The position numbers and the translations under genes were made by a program. Below are positions 51,848-61,566 of a stretch of DNA of 64,000 nucleotides, piece after piece. Location of the stretch: the NCBI GenBank assembly GCA_027023305.1, contig JALVVR010000041.1, positions 11,029 through 75,028 on the forward strand. Direction: 5' to 3'. Positions within the stretch are counted from its first letter, which is position 1; each line of letters begins with the position of its first letter. The stretch is from Campylobacterales bacterium (GTDB lineage Bacteria; Campylobacterota; Campylobacteria; Campylobacterales; QNZT01). A model generated the notes under the pieces. The model did no database searches and was not told where the DNA came from. It worked only from the letters and a program-made list of their open reading frames with translations.

Positions 51848-52577
51848 GTTTAAACATGTATATAAAAGCTTTGGCAAAAAAGAGGTTTTAAAAGATATAA
51901 GTTTCAGTGTTAAAAAAAATGACATTGCAGTTGTCATGGGACCCTCTGGAACTGGAAAATCTACTGTTATTAAACATATAGTTGGTTTACTAAAACCAAC
52001 TAGTGGAGATATTATAGTAGATGGAGTAAGTGTTCCAAAGTGTAATGAAAGTGAATTGTTACAGCTTAGAAAAGAGGTGGGATTTGCCTTTCAATTTGGT
52101 GCTTTGTTTGATAGTATGAATATCTATGAAAATGTCTCTTTCCCACTAGTTGAACACACAAAACTATCACAAAATGAGATAAAGAAAAAAGTAAATGAAA
52201 GCTTAGAACTTGTTGGACTAAAACCTGATGAAGTTTTGCACCTCTATCCTCACGAATTAAGTGGTGGTATGCAAAAAAGAGCAGCAATTGCAAGAACTAC
52301 TATCATGCATCCAAAAATCATACTTTATGATGAACCAACAAGTGGACTAGACCCAATAGCAAGTGACCTTATAAGCAGACTAATAGTAAAACTAAGAGAT
52401 GAGCTCGGCATCACCTCAGTTGTAATCTCTCATGACATAAAAGAGAGTTTCAAGATAGCAGACCAAATGATAATGCTCCACAGTCGCGGTGTAAAAGCAG
52501 ATGCTAAACCTGAGTTTTTCAAAACAACTAATGACCCTATCATCAGACAGTTTATCGATGGGATAAGTGAGCTTTAG
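51816..52577 (+). CDS. mlaF: ABC transporter ATP-binding protein, MlaF-like
   Basis: Walker A GPSGTGKST, signature LSGGMQKR, Walker B ILYDEPTSGLD. The C-terminal NDPIIRQFIDG is typical of MlaF/Ttg2A. The exact start is uncertain, with in-frame TTG candidates at 51816, 51834 and 51840. Confidence 0.7.
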   Translation: MIEDLSLSLIEFKHVYKSFGKKEVLKDISFSVKKNDIAVVMGPSGTGKSTVIKHIVGLLKPTSGDIIVDGVSVPKCNESELLQLRKEVGFAFQFGALFDSMNIYENVSFPLVEHTKLSQNEIKKKVNESLELVGLKPDEVLHLYPHELSGGMQKRAAIARTTIMHPKIILYDEPTSGLDPIASDLISRLIVKLRDELGITSVVISHDIKESFKIADQMIMLHSRGVKADAKPEFFKTTNDPIIRQFIDGISEL

Positions 52578-52649
52578 GTTTGAAACATTAACACTTTATA
52601 AACTCTTTTTTGCTAATCTTCGCAAAGTTTTTATACTAAAAGGTAATAT

Positions 52650-55600
52650 ATGAAAAAACTGTATAACTATATGACTTCTATTTGGCTTATGCTTATTTTG
52701 ACTGCTATTTTTGGTATTTCTTGTGCTGAGGCTACTTTTATAGAGAATGATTATGGAACTAGTACAGCTTGGGCTATGGTTTATGGTACAAGATGGTTTG
52801 AGATCTTACAACTACTTTTAGCTGTAAATCTACTTGGAAATATTTTTAAGTTTAAAATGTATAAAAGAGATAAACTTCCTCTTTTGATTTTTCATGCTGG
52901 TTTTTTAGTTATTTTACTTGGAGCTGGGATAACTAGGTATTTTAGTTATGAAGGACTTTTGCATATAAGAGAGGGTCAAAGTAAAGATAGTATGACATCT
53001 CTAAAGTCTTTTATACAAGTGGAGGCTTTAAAAAACAAAAAATATTACTACAATGATAAGCAAACATATATATCAAAAGTTTCAAAAAACTACTTTAAAG
53101 TCAATCTAAATGTTGATGGAAAGGTGGCTACTTTAGAGTATCTCAACTTTATACCAAATGCAAAAAAAGAGTTAAGTAAAGATAAAAGTAGTGGTGCTAA
53201 AGTAAAAATGATGGTTGTTAGTGCTAACTCTACACCAAATATGATAGTTTTAAGTAAAAAACAACCACTCAGCCTGGGAGATTATCAAATCTCACTAAAC
53301 TCTAAAAATATCGCAAAAAATAAAATAGAAATATATACAAAAGATGATAAATTTTATATAAAAAGTAGTATTCCTTTTACTAGGACTTTTATGACTACTG
53401 GAAAAACTGAGAATAAAGGAAAAGATAAAGTTTATGAGTTTAAGACAAAGGCTATGTATGACTTTGGATTTTTAAAACTAACTCCTGTAAAAACACTACT
53501 TCATGCAAAAGAAAAATTAGTTTCTCAAAAGATAAAAGGTGGGAAAAATATGCAAAGCCAAATCCCATCAGCAATAGTGGCAAAACTTTTATACAATGGT
53601 AAGAGTAAAAATGTAACCCTTTTTGGATTTGGAGGAAGTCAAGCTGGAACTCCTACAACAACTATCATAGACGATACAAAGTTTGTATTAACTTGGGGTT
53701 CAAAACTTTTAAAAATTCCATTTACTGTGAAACTTGACAAGTTTGAGCTTAAAAGATACCCTGGAAGTATGTCTCCTGCTAGTTATGCTAGTTATGTAAC
53801 AGTGAAAGATAGTAATAAAAGCTTTAAGTATAAGATTTTCATGAATCATGTACTAGACTATAAAGGATATAGATTGTTTCAAAGCTCTTATGATACAGAT
53901 GAAAAAGGAACTGTTCTCTCTGTAAATAGAGATTTAGGAATGATACCTACTTATATAGGATACTTGATGTTAGCTATTGGATTTATACTAAACTTTTTTA
54001 ACCCAAAAAGCAGGTTTAGAAAACTTATCAGACTTGTTCAAAAAGACACTATTTTAAACTCTTTTATTTTACTATCTTTACTTTTGGGACTTAGCCAAAA
54101 CTTAAAAGCCGACCCACTTGATGAAGCAAGACTTTACAACAAATCTCATGCTGAACTTTTCGGAGATATTTTAGTTCAAAAGCATGACGGTAGGATTGTT
54201 ACCATGGATACTTTTTCAAAAGAATTGCTTTTGAAAATAAGTAAAAAAACTTCTCTTTATAATCTTAGTTCTAACCAAATCATACTTGGAATGATAACAG
54301 CTCCAAAACTTTGGCAAAGTATCCCTATGATAAGAGTAAGTCATACAAAAATAAAAAAAATCTTAGGTCTTCCAAAGGATAAAAAGTATGCAACATACAA
54401 TGACTTTTTTGATTTTTCAAACAAAAATGCAAAATCACCATATAAGCTTTTTAACTATATAACAACTGCAAGCCAAAAAAGACCAATTAAAAGAAATCAA
54501 TTTGATAGAGATATCATAAAAGTAGATGAGAGGGTAAATATCTCTTATATGATTTACACTGGAGATATACTAAAAATTATACCAAAAATAGGAGATTCAA
54601 ACCAAAAGTGGTACTGTGTAAAAGATGCTATACAAAAATTTCCACAAGAAGAATCAAATAGAGTTAGAACTCTGTTTTTGTACTACTTTTCTCAGATAGA
54701 CTCATCTAAAAAAAGTGGGAAATGGGAAAATGCAAATAAAGCTGTAAAAATAATAAGAAGTTATCAAAACAAAATAGGAGCTGCTGTTATTCCTAGTAAA
54801 AACAAGCTAAAACTTGAAAAGTTTTTTAACAAGATAAAACTATTTGATAGATTGGCATTGGTTTACTTTTTAGGTGGTATGATACTTTTAATAGCAATTT
54901 TTACAAAACTTTTAAAACCGACTGCAAACACAAAACCAGCTTTTATAATAGGTCAAGTAGTGATAATCTTAGCCTTTTTAGCTCAAACTACTGGACTTGG
55001 TATAAGATGGTATATAGGTGGTCATGCTCCTTGGAGTAATGCTTATGAAGCTATGGTTTATATAGCTTGGTCTATGGGTCTTGCTGGAGTTGTATTTGCG
55101 AGATACTCTATTTTAGCCCCTGCTCTAACCTCTTTGATAGCAAGTGCGACTTTGTTTACAACATTTTTAGCTGAAATGGATCCTCAGATTACAAATCTAG
55201 TGCCAGTTCTTAGTTCTTACTGGTTAAACATACATGTATCAGTTTTGACTGCTAGTTATGGTTTTTTAGGACTTTCCATGATACTTGGATTTTTTACTTT
55301 GATACTTTTTGTGTTTAAGGACAAAAATGAACAAATCCAAAAAAGTATAGTAGAAGCATCACGGATAAATGAGATGACTGCAATCCTTGGACTTGTACTT
55401 TTAACTATCGGAAACTTTTTAGGTGGAGTATGGGCAAATGAAAGTTGGGGAAGATACTGGGGATGGGACCCTAAAGAGACTTGGGCATGGATAAGCATAC
55501 TTGTATATGTAATCCTTACTCATATAAGACTTGTTCCTTGGTTTAACAAAAACTACCATTATAAGTTTGCAGCACTCTCTTTGGTTAGTTTTGCTTCTAT

Positions 55601-55757
55601 CGTCATGACATTTGTTGGAGTTAATTACTACCTATCTGGTATGCACTCTTATGCAGCTGGTGATCCTATGCCAATCCCTAAGTATCTATACTTAATAGTT
55701 GCAATAGTCATAGCTACTATTGCGATAGCTTATCCAAAAAGAGAACTTAAAAAATAG
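52650..55757 (+). CDS. ccsBA: fused cytochrome c biogenesis protein CcsBA (System II: ResB/CcsB + CcsA)
   Basis: 1,035 aa. The N-terminal part is ResB-like with a large periplasmic domain. The C-terminal part is CcsA-like with the WWD motif WGRYWGWDPKETWA and flanking His residues. Confidence 0.9.
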   Translation: MKKLYNYMTSIWLMLILTAIFGISCAEATFIENDYGTSTAWAMVYGTRWFEILQLLLAVNLLGNIFKFKMYKRDKLPLLIFHAGFLVILLGAGITRYFSYEGLLHIREGQSKDSMTSLKSFIQVEALKNKKYYYNDKQTYISKVSKNYFKVNLNVDGKVATLEYLNFIPNAKKELSKDKSSGAKVKMMVVSANSTPNMIVLSKKQPLSLGDYQISLNSKNIAKNKIEIYTKDDKFYIKSSIPFTRTFMTTGKTENKGKDKVYEFKTKAMYDFGFLKLTPVKTLLHAKEKLVSQKIKGGKNMQSQIPSAIVAKLLYNGKSKNVTLFGFGGSQAGTPTTTIIDDTKFVLTWGSKLLKIPFTVKLDKFELKRYPGSMSPASYASYVTVKDSNKSFKYKIFMNHVLDYKGYRLFQSSYDTDEKGTVLSVNRDLGMIPTYIGYLMLAIGFILNFFNPKSRFRKLIRLVQKDTILNSFILLSLLLGLSQNLKADPLDEARLYNKSHAELFGDILVQKHDGRIVTMDTFSKELLLKISKKTSLYNLSSNQIILGMITAPKLWQSIPMIRVSHTKIKKILGLPKDKKYATYNDFFDFSNKNAKSPYKLFNYITTASQKRPIKRNQFDRDIIKVDERVNISYMIYTGDILKIIPKIGDSNQKWYCVKDAIQKFPQEESNRVRTLFLYYFSQIDSSKKSGKWENANKAVKIIRSYQNKIGAAVIPSKNKLKLEKFFNKIKLFDRLALVYFLGGMILLIAIFTKLLKPTANTKPAFIIGQVVIILAFLAQTTGLGIRWYIGGHAPWSNAYEAMVYIAWSMGLAGVVFARYSILAPALTSLIASATLFTTFLAEMDPQITNLVPVLSSYWLNIHVSVLTASYGFLGLSMILGFFTLILFVFKDKNEQIQKSIVEASRINEMTAILGLVLLTIGNFLGGVWANESWGRYWGWDPKETWAWISILVYVILTHIRLVPWFNKNYHYKFAALSLVSFASIVMTFVGVNYYLSGMHSYAAGDPMPIPKYLYLIVAIVIATIAIAYPKRELKK

Positions 55758-56630
55758 TTGAAAAATCTATCTAACGGTATTTTTTATATGCTAGCCTCCT
55801 CTTTTTTGGGGGCTTTTAATGGCTCTATCGCAAAAATCTTATCCTCATCCATCCCAGCACTAGAGATAGTATTTTTTAGAAATGCTTTAGGAGTTATCAT
55901 AATCCTTGCAATGCTAAAACATACTCCCACAAACATAGATATGAAAAATCTTCCACTTTTGATTTTAAGAGGAGTTTTTGGATTTATCGCTATGTTTTTG
56001 TTTTTTTATACTATCACAACTATCCCTCTAAGTGATGCCATAACTCTAAACAAAACTTCTCCTATATTTGTAGCTCTTTTAGCTTTTATAGTTTTAAAAG
56101 AGAGCTTAAATATTTACAAAATCACTGCCCTACTCTTAGGGTTCTTAGGAGTTGTTTTTATCACAAACCCAAGTGGAGTTAATTTTGATTACTCCTATGT
56201 CTTAGGTGTGATAGGTGGTTTTTTCGCAGCTGCTGCTTATACAACTATCGGAAAAATCAAGCATATATTTGATTCAAGAGTAATAGTTTTATCATTTATG
56301 GGAATGGGGACTTTGTTTCCTCTGGTTATGTTTTTACTAGCTCCATATCTACCCACTAATCCTCTTATAAAAGAGTTTATACTTCCAACTCAACTGATAG
56401 ATATTTTACTCATAGCTTTCATGGCGATAACAGCAACTCTTTCGCAATGGTTTTTAACAAAAGCTTACTCATCACCAAATATCTCTTTGGTAGCAACTAT
56501 CAGTTACTCTATCATACCTTTTTCAGTTGTGTTTGGATTTTTCTTAGGAGATGGGCTACCCACTCTCCTAAAAATTATAGGGATATTTTTTATAGTTATA
56601 GCTGGTATTTTAGCGAAAAAAAATAGTTAG
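55758..56630 (+). CDS. EamA/DMT-family transporter
   Basis: 290 aa with about 10 TM helices in two EamA-like halves. It has a TTG start directly after the ccsBA stop. Confidence 0.75.
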   Translation: MKNLSNGIFYMLASSFLGAFNGSIAKILSSSIPALEIVFFRNALGVIIILAMLKHTPTNIDMKNLPLLILRGVFGFIAMFLFFYTITTIPLSDAITLNKTSPIFVALLAFIVLKESLNIYKITALLLGFLGVVFITNPSGVNFDYSYVLGVIGGFFAAAAYTTIGKIKHIFDSRVIVLSFMGMGTLFPLVMFLLAPYLPTNPLIKEFILPTQLIDILLIAFMAITATLSQWFLTKAYSSPNISLVATISYSIIPFSVVFGFFLGDGLPTLLKIIGIFFIVIAGILAKKNS

Positions 56631-57886
56631 GCTTTCTGTCTCATGATAGAAAATGAAGGCAACTCACAAGGAAGTTTTAAAGGTACTAAATACCCACTAT
56701 GAACACTTGAAAGCTCTTTTCCCTCTATGGTTTCCAACTTCTTAAACTCTATAAACCAATTATTTTCCTCTTGAAAAACTCTTCCTATCTCATTTTCGCA
56801 ACTCTTTGGTGTAGTATCATGAGGAAATATGAGTTCTACTTTTTGATAAGGCAGGGTTTTATACTTACACATCCAACTATTTCCATCTTCGCTTACAAGT
56901 CCACTAACTTCATAAGTTCCCTCACTTAGAGCTGTAAAGTGGTTTTGTGTATCATGTTTTTCATAAGGTTTTGAGAACAAGTAGTTTTCACTAAATCCTC
57001 TATGTTTTGTAGTCAAAAGTTCATCTTCATATTTTTTAGCATCAAACTTTTTATCATAAAAGTCATCTATTGCCATTCGATAACTTCTAGCACTAACTGC
57101 TGCATAGTATGGACTTTTTGTTCTTCCCTCTATCTTTAAGCTATCAACTACTCCACTTTCTAGTATCTGGTCAACATGATTTATAAGGTTTAAATCTTTG
57201 GCATTCATGACATGAGTTCCATACTCATCTTCTTCTAGTTTAAACAAAGTTCCATCATCAGGGTTTTTTGCATACATTTCATAATCAAATCTACAATCAT
57301 TTGCACAACTTCCACGATTTGGCACTCTTCCACTTTGCATTGAGCTTATAAGACATCTTCCACTATATGCGAAACACATACTTCCGTGAACAAATATCTC
57401 TATCTCTAAATCAGGGATTTTCTCTTTTATGATTTTTACATCTGCTAAACTAACTTCTCTTGCTGTGATAATCCTCTCTACTCCCATGTCATGATAAACT
57501 TTTGCATCAAGATAGTTTAGTACATTTGCTTGGGTTGAGAGATGAAGTGGTATATGGGGAGCTATATCTTTTGCTAGACTTATAACTCCTGGAGTTGATA
57601 CTATCAAAGCATCAGGTTTCATATCAGATATAGTTTTTAAGTGCTTTTTTAAAGCTTCTATTTGGTTGTTAAAAGGAAAACCATTTACTGTTACATATAT
57701 TTTTTTGTTTTTGTTGTGAGTGTAGTTGATAGCCTCTTTAAAAGAGTCATAATCAAACTCTTTTCCACTTCTTATACGAAGAGAGAAGTGACTAACTCCT
57801 CCATAAACTGCATCTGCACCATATGCCAGGGCTATCTTTAGTTTTTCAAAGTTTCCTGCTGGAGATAAAAGTTCTGCTTTTTTCAA
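56627..57886 (-). CDS. U32-family peptidase-like protein (YegQ/TrhP/RlhA group)
   Basis: 419 aa. KAELLSPAGNFEKLKIALAYGADAVYGG and E.FVHGSMCFAYSGRCLIS are U32 family signatures. Confidence 0.85.
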   Translation of the reverse strand: MKKAELLSPAGNFEKLKIALAYGADAVYGGVSHFSLRIRSGKEFDYDSFKEAINYTHNKNKKIYVTVNGFPFNNQIEALKKHLKTISDMKPDALIVSTPGVISLAKDIAPHIPLHLSTQANVLNYLDAKVYHDMGVERIITAREVSLADVKIIKEKIPDLEIEIFVHGSMCFAYSGRCLISSMQSGRVPNRGSCANDCRFDYEMYAKNPDDGTLFKLEEDEYGTHVMNAKDLNLINHVDQILESGVVDSLKIEGRTKSPYYAAVSARSYRMAIDDFYDKKFDAKKYEDELLTTKHRGFSENYLFSKPYEKHDTQNHFTALSEGTYEVSGLVSEDGNSWMCKYKTLPYQKVELIFPHDTTPKSCENEIGRVFQEENNWFIEFKKLETIEGKELSSVHSGYLVPLKLPCELPSFSIMRQKA

Positions 57887-57916
57887 GATATAATTCCTTC
57901 TATGTATAATAGTGCG

Positions 57917-57925
57917 ATTATATCA
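57917..57925 (-). promoter_or_regulatory. extended -10 element TGATATAAT (U32 gene)
   Basis: The minus strand reads TTGATATAAT. The start-codon-proximal end of the element (57917) lies 31 nt from the ATG at 57886. Confidence 0.35.
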
Positions 57926-57932
57926 ACAAAAT

Positions 57933-58613
57933 CTATTTTTTTCCAAAACTTTCTAAAAGAGCTTCTATCTCTTCAGCACTTACAACTTCACCACTATCTT
58001 GATCACCTATGATATGTTGAGCTGAACTCACTCTTTCTTCATCTTTTATATCTGAGCCAAAAAGTGTATTCATATATTTTAAAAGACTTCTCATGACATT
58101 TACAACTCTTTCTATTTTTTGACGATGTATATCTTGATACTGCATTGTATCCATAATCATCATGATTTCATCACTACTAAGTCTAGATTTTTCAACTACA
58201 TCTTCAATCGTAGTTATGGCTTCTTTATTTTTGTAGTGAAAAGTTTTAAAAGTTTCTACTTCTTCAAAATTAAATGAAAGTTTTTCAAAAAGAGCAGAGT
58301 TTTCTTCTAAAAGAGAGATTACTGAACTAGATTCTTCTTCAACTGTTGCTATATATTCACTTATACCATCTAATCTATCAAAGATTTCAGTAGCTTTTTT
58401 TTCACTATCTTGAGTTACATGATCTAATTGATTCACTATTTTATTATCTTCAGTAGCTTTAGGTGGTAGGGAATCTTCTAAACATTCATCTATATCTACA
58501 ACTTCTTCTTCAATATTTTTTTTAACTATTTCAACTTCCTCTTCATCAACAGTTGCTAACTCTTCATCTTCAAATCCACCATCCATCAGGGCATCTAACT
58601 CTTCTTGTGTCAT
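57933..58613 (-). CDS. cheZ: CheZ-like CheY-P phosphatase paralog 2, with an acidic N-terminal extension
   Basis: 226 aa. MQYQDIHRQKIERV carries the D-x3-Q catalytic spacing of CheZ (QDLTGQ in E. coli). The C-terminal SAEEIEALLESFG resembles the CheZ CheY-binding peptide. The N-terminal TQEELDALM resembles the FliM/FliY CheY-binding motif. Confidence 0.6.
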   Translation of the reverse strand: MTQEELDALMDGGFEDEELATVDEEEVEIVKKNIEEEVVDIDECLEDSLPPKATEDNKIVNQLDHVTQDSEKKATEIFDRLDGISEYIATVEEESSSVISLLEENSALFEKLSFNFEEVETFKTFHYKNKEAITTIEDVVEKSRLSSDEIMMIMDTMQYQDIHRQKIERVVNVMRSLLKYMNTLFGSDIKDEERVSSAQHIIGDQDSGEVVSAEEIEALLESFGKK

Positions 58614-58622
58614 CTTCTCTCC

Positions 58623-59132
58623 TTAGTTTGCAAATTGTTTTAACATCTCTTCTATATCTTCATCACTTAAAATATCATCTTTACTATCACCTGCTATATA
58701 TTGGGCTGAACTTACCCTCTCTTCATCATTTATATTTGAACTAAAAAGTTCATTCATGTAGTTGTTTAATGCTCTAACTATGTTTATAACTCTTTCTATC
58801 TTTTGACGATGTATATCTTGGTATTGCATTATGTCCATGATATTCATAATCTCATCTTGAGAATTTTCACAATTTAGTTTTAACTCTTTTGTTAGTTTGA
58901 TATATGGCTCTTTATCTTTTAAATGACTCTTTTTTACTAAATCTTCCAACTGGGAGGCAATGTTTAAGACATTTGTAGAATGATTGTTAATAAGTTCTAA
59001 CTTATCAAATATCTCTCCAGCTTTTAACTCTGAATCCTTAGTTACTTCATCTAGTTGATCTATAACTTTATCATCTTTTCCAATTTTTTTTAATTCCATA
59101 GTAAAATTCCCCATAAATTTTGTTATAATCAT
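58623..59132 (-). CDS. cheZ: CheZ-like CheY-P phosphatase paralog 1
   Basis: 169 aa in the ORF track. It has the same MQYQDIHRQKIERV core and a C-terminal SDEDIEEMLKQF. A sigma28-type -10 element abuts the ATG at 59132, so the true start is probably the ATG at 59099 (MELKKIG...), which GGGGAA precedes by 7 nt. Confidence 0.6.
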   Translation of the reverse strand: MIITKFMGNFTMELKKIGKDDKVIDQLDEVTKDSELKAGEIFDKLELINNHSTNVLNIASQLEDLVKKSHLKDKEPYIKLTKELKLNCENSQDEIMNIMDIMQYQDIHRQKIERVINIVRALNNYMNELFSSNINDEERVSSAQYIAGDSKDDILSDEDIEEMLKQFAN

Positions 59133-59159
59133 ATATCGGTATCTAAGAAAAAAACTTTA
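59133..59159 (-). promoter_or_regulatory. sigma28-type promoter in front of the CheZ-like gene pair
   Basis: The minus strand reads TAAAGTTT-N11-ACCGATAT. That matches the enteric FliA consensus TAAAGTTT-N11-GCCGATAA at 14 of 16 positions with exact spacing. Confidence 0.6.
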
Positions 59160-59169
59160 AGGAAATATA

Positions 59170-59949
59170 GTGATAGTTGACTTGCATAATCATACAAAAC
59201 TTTGTAACCATGCTAGTGGAGAGATGGAGGGGTATATACAAAGTGCCATAGATAAAGGAGTAAAGTACTTTGGGTTTAGTGATCATGCTCCTATGGATTT
59301 TGATAAAAAGTATCGCATGAGTTTTAGTGATATGAACTTTTATGAAAACAAAGTAAAAGAATTAAAAGAAAAATATAAAAACGATATAGAGATAGTGTTA
59401 GGATATGAGGTTGATTATCTACCAAACTATATGGATGATAGAGTTTTAAATGCAAAAGTAGATTACTTGATAGGTTCAGTACACTTTATAAATGGTTGGG
59501 GTTTTGATAACCCTGAGTTTATCGGAGAGTATAAAAACAGAGATATAGATAAGATTTGGAAAGAGTATTTTGAAGCTATAACAAACATGGTAAAGAGTGG
59601 TAAGTTTGATATAGTTGGACATATTGATTTGATAAAAGTTTTTAACTATCTACCCAACAAAGAGATAAAAGTGATAGCAAAAGAGAGTATAAAAGAGATA
59701 AAAAAAGCTGATATGACAGTTGAACTTAATATGTCAGGATATAAAAAACCTATAAATGAGCTATATCCATCCCTTGATATACTTGAACTTTTAAGTGAGT
59801 ATGATATATCTATCACTTTTGGTAGTGATGCTCATAATCCTAGTGAAATATGTAAGTACGAAGATAGATTGAAAGAGGTTTTAAAAGAATTTAATTTTAC
59901 AAAATGTGCAGTTTTTCATAATAGAGATAAAAAACTGATTAATTTTTAA
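59170..59949 (+). CDS. histidinol-phosphatase, HisJ family (PHP domain)
   Basis: 259 aa. (M)IVDLHNHTKLCNHA, GFSDH, and ...GHIDL...GSDAH are the PHP metal-ligand motifs. It has a GTG start after AAGGAAA. Confidence 0.75.
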   Translation: MIVDLHNHTKLCNHASGEMEGYIQSAIDKGVKYFGFSDHAPMDFDKKYRMSFSDMNFYENKVKELKEKYKNDIEIVLGYEVDYLPNYMDDRVLNAKVDYLIGSVHFINGWGFDNPEFIGEYKNRDIDKIWKEYFEAITNMVKSGKFDIVGHIDLIKVFNYLPNKEIKVIAKESIKEIKKADMTVELNMSGYKKPINELYPSLDILELLSEYDISITFGSDAHNPSEICKYEDRLKEVLKEFNFTKCAVFHNRDKKLINF

Positions 59950-59984
59950 ACAGTTGACTAATCATATTTTTTATATAAATTAGA

Positions 59985-59990
59985 TATAAT
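59985..59990 (+). promoter_or_regulatory. -10 hexamer TATAAT upstream of glnA
   Basis: GATATAAT lies 29 nt upstream of the ATG at 60019, and RBS AGGAG lies at 60009-60013. The TTGACT at 59954-59959 is too far away (25 nt) to be its -35. Confidence 0.3.
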
Positions 59991-60018
59991 TGCCTGACAA
60001 AAATTTTTAGGAGTTACC

Positions 60019-61449
60019 ATGGGTAAATTTGTAAATAGTGTAGATGAGTTTTTTAAATATTGTGAAGAAAATGAAGTTGAATTTATTGACTTTAGATTTA
60101 CAGATATAAAAGGTGCATGGCATCATATAAGTTATAGAGCAAGTGCAGTAGAAGCTAGTATGCTTGAAAATGGTGTTCCATTTGATGGAAGTAGTATCGA
60201 TGCATGGCAACCGATAAATAAATCAGATATGCTTTTAAAACCTGAAGTGGATACAGCATTTTTAGATCCATTTACAGCTGATCCAACTATCATAGTTTTT
60301 TGTGATGTATATGATATATATAAAGATGACTTATATGAAAAATGTCCAAGAAGTATAGCTAAAAAAGCACTTGCACATTTGAGTGAAAGTGGTATAGGTG
60401 ATGAGGCTTATTTTGGACCTGAAAATGAATTTTTTATATTTGATGATGTACAAATCTGGTCTGGTGTAAATCAAGCTGGATATAGAGTTGACTCTGAAGA
60501 GGGTGAATGGAACATGAGTACTAGTTATGATGACTATGCAAATATAGGTCATAGACCAGGAACTAAAGGTGGTTACTTCCCAGTTATGCCTACTGATACT
60601 ATGGTTGATCTTAGAGCTGAGATGATGCAAGTTTTAGAGCAAGTTGGACTTGAAGTGATACTTGGTCATCATGAAGTTGCACAAGCACAGGGTGAGATAG
60701 GTATCAAGTATGGTGATTTGATAGAAGCTGCTGATAATGTACAAAAATACAAATATGTAGTAAAAATGGTAGCACACTTAAATGGAAAAACTGCAACTTT
60801 CATGCCAAAACCTCTATATGGAGACAATGGTAATGGTATGCATGTTCACCAATCAATCTGGAAAGATGGAAAAAATGTTTTCTATAAAGAAGGAGAGTAT
60901 GCAAACCTAAGTGAAACTGCTCTGCATTATCTAGGTGGTGTATTTGCTCATGCAAATGCTGTTGCTGCATTTACAAATCCTAGTACAAACTCTTATAAAA
61001 GACTTATACCAGGATTTGAAGCTCCAAGTATTTTAACTTATTCTAGCCAAAATAGATCTGCTGCTTGTAGGATTCCTTATGGTGCTGGTGAGGGTGCAAC
61101 TAGAGTTGAGACTAGATTCCCTGATTCTACTGCTTGTCCTTACTTAGCATTTACTGCTCTACTACTAGCAGGACTAGATGGTATAAAAAACAAACTAGTT
61201 CCAGTAGGACCAATGGATGAAGATTTGTTTGAGTTAAGTCTTGATGAAATTAGAGAGAAAAAAATCCCTCAAATGCCTCATACTTTAAGAGAAGCACTAG
61301 AAGGACTTATAAGTGATAATGAGTGGGCAAAAGCTGTTATGAGTGAAGACTTTATAGATACTTATCAACACTATCAGTTTGAAAGACAAGTTTGGCCAGA
61401 TGAGGCTAGACCAACAGCATTTGAGTTTTCATCAACTTATTCTTGCTAA
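60019..61449 (+). CDS. glnA: glutamine synthetase type I
   Basis: 476 aa. Motifs FDGSSI, [10 protein letters not shown], [16 protein letters not shown] and [13 protein letters not shown]. Confidence 0.95.
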   Translation: MGKFVNSVDEFFKYCEENEVEFIDFRFTDIKGAWHHISYRASAVEASMLENGVPFDGSSIDAWQPINKSDMLLKPEVDTAFLDPFTADPTIIVFCDVYDIYKDDLYEKCPRSIAKKALAHLSESGIGDEAYFGPENEFFIFDDVQIWSGVNQAGYRVDSEEGEWNMSTSYDDYANIGHRPGTKGGYFPVMPTDTMVDLRAEMMQVLEQVGLEVILGHHEVAQAQGEIGIKYGDLIEAADNVQKYKYVVKMVAHLNGKTATFMPKPLYGDNGNGMHVHQSIWKDGKNVFYKEGEYANLSETALHYLGGVFAHANAVAAFTNPSTNSYKRLIPGFEAPSILTYSSQNRSAACRIPYGAGEGATRVETRFPDSTACPYLAFTALLLAGLDGIKNKLVPVGPMDEDLFELSLDEIREKKIPQMPHTLREALEGLISDNEWAKAVMSEDFIDTYQHYQFERQVWPDEARPTAFEFSSTYSC

Positions 61450-61453
61450 CAAA

Positions 61454-61487
61454 ATAGAAGAGATTTTTCTCTTCTATTGACTTTTTA
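61454..61487 (+). terminator. rho-independent terminator after glnA
   Basis: Perfect 10-bp stem ATAGAAGAGA/TCTCTTCTAT with a TTTT loop (61454-61477), followed by TGAC and a T5 run (61482-61486). Confidence 0.7.
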
Positions 61488-61505
61488 TAAAACTTATACT
61501 AAAAT
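61477..61505 (+). promoter_or_regulatory. sigma70-type promoter for rho
   Basis: TTGACT-N17-TAAAAT, giving a leader of about 55 nt before the ATG at 61567. Confidence 0.45.
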
Positions 61506-61566
61506 CGATTCACAACTTAATAAAAATTTAATTTTTCAGATTAAATAATATCTCCAAGAAGGCAAA

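Noticed and set aside
60007-60630. Minus-strand ORFs of 67 and 99 aa inside glnA. Similar antisense ORFs occur inside the hlyD, ABC, purC, ctpA, glyS, dsbD, ccsBA and mlaF-like genes.
   Set aside because: All are nested antisense to strongly recognisable conserved genes and have no motifs of their own.
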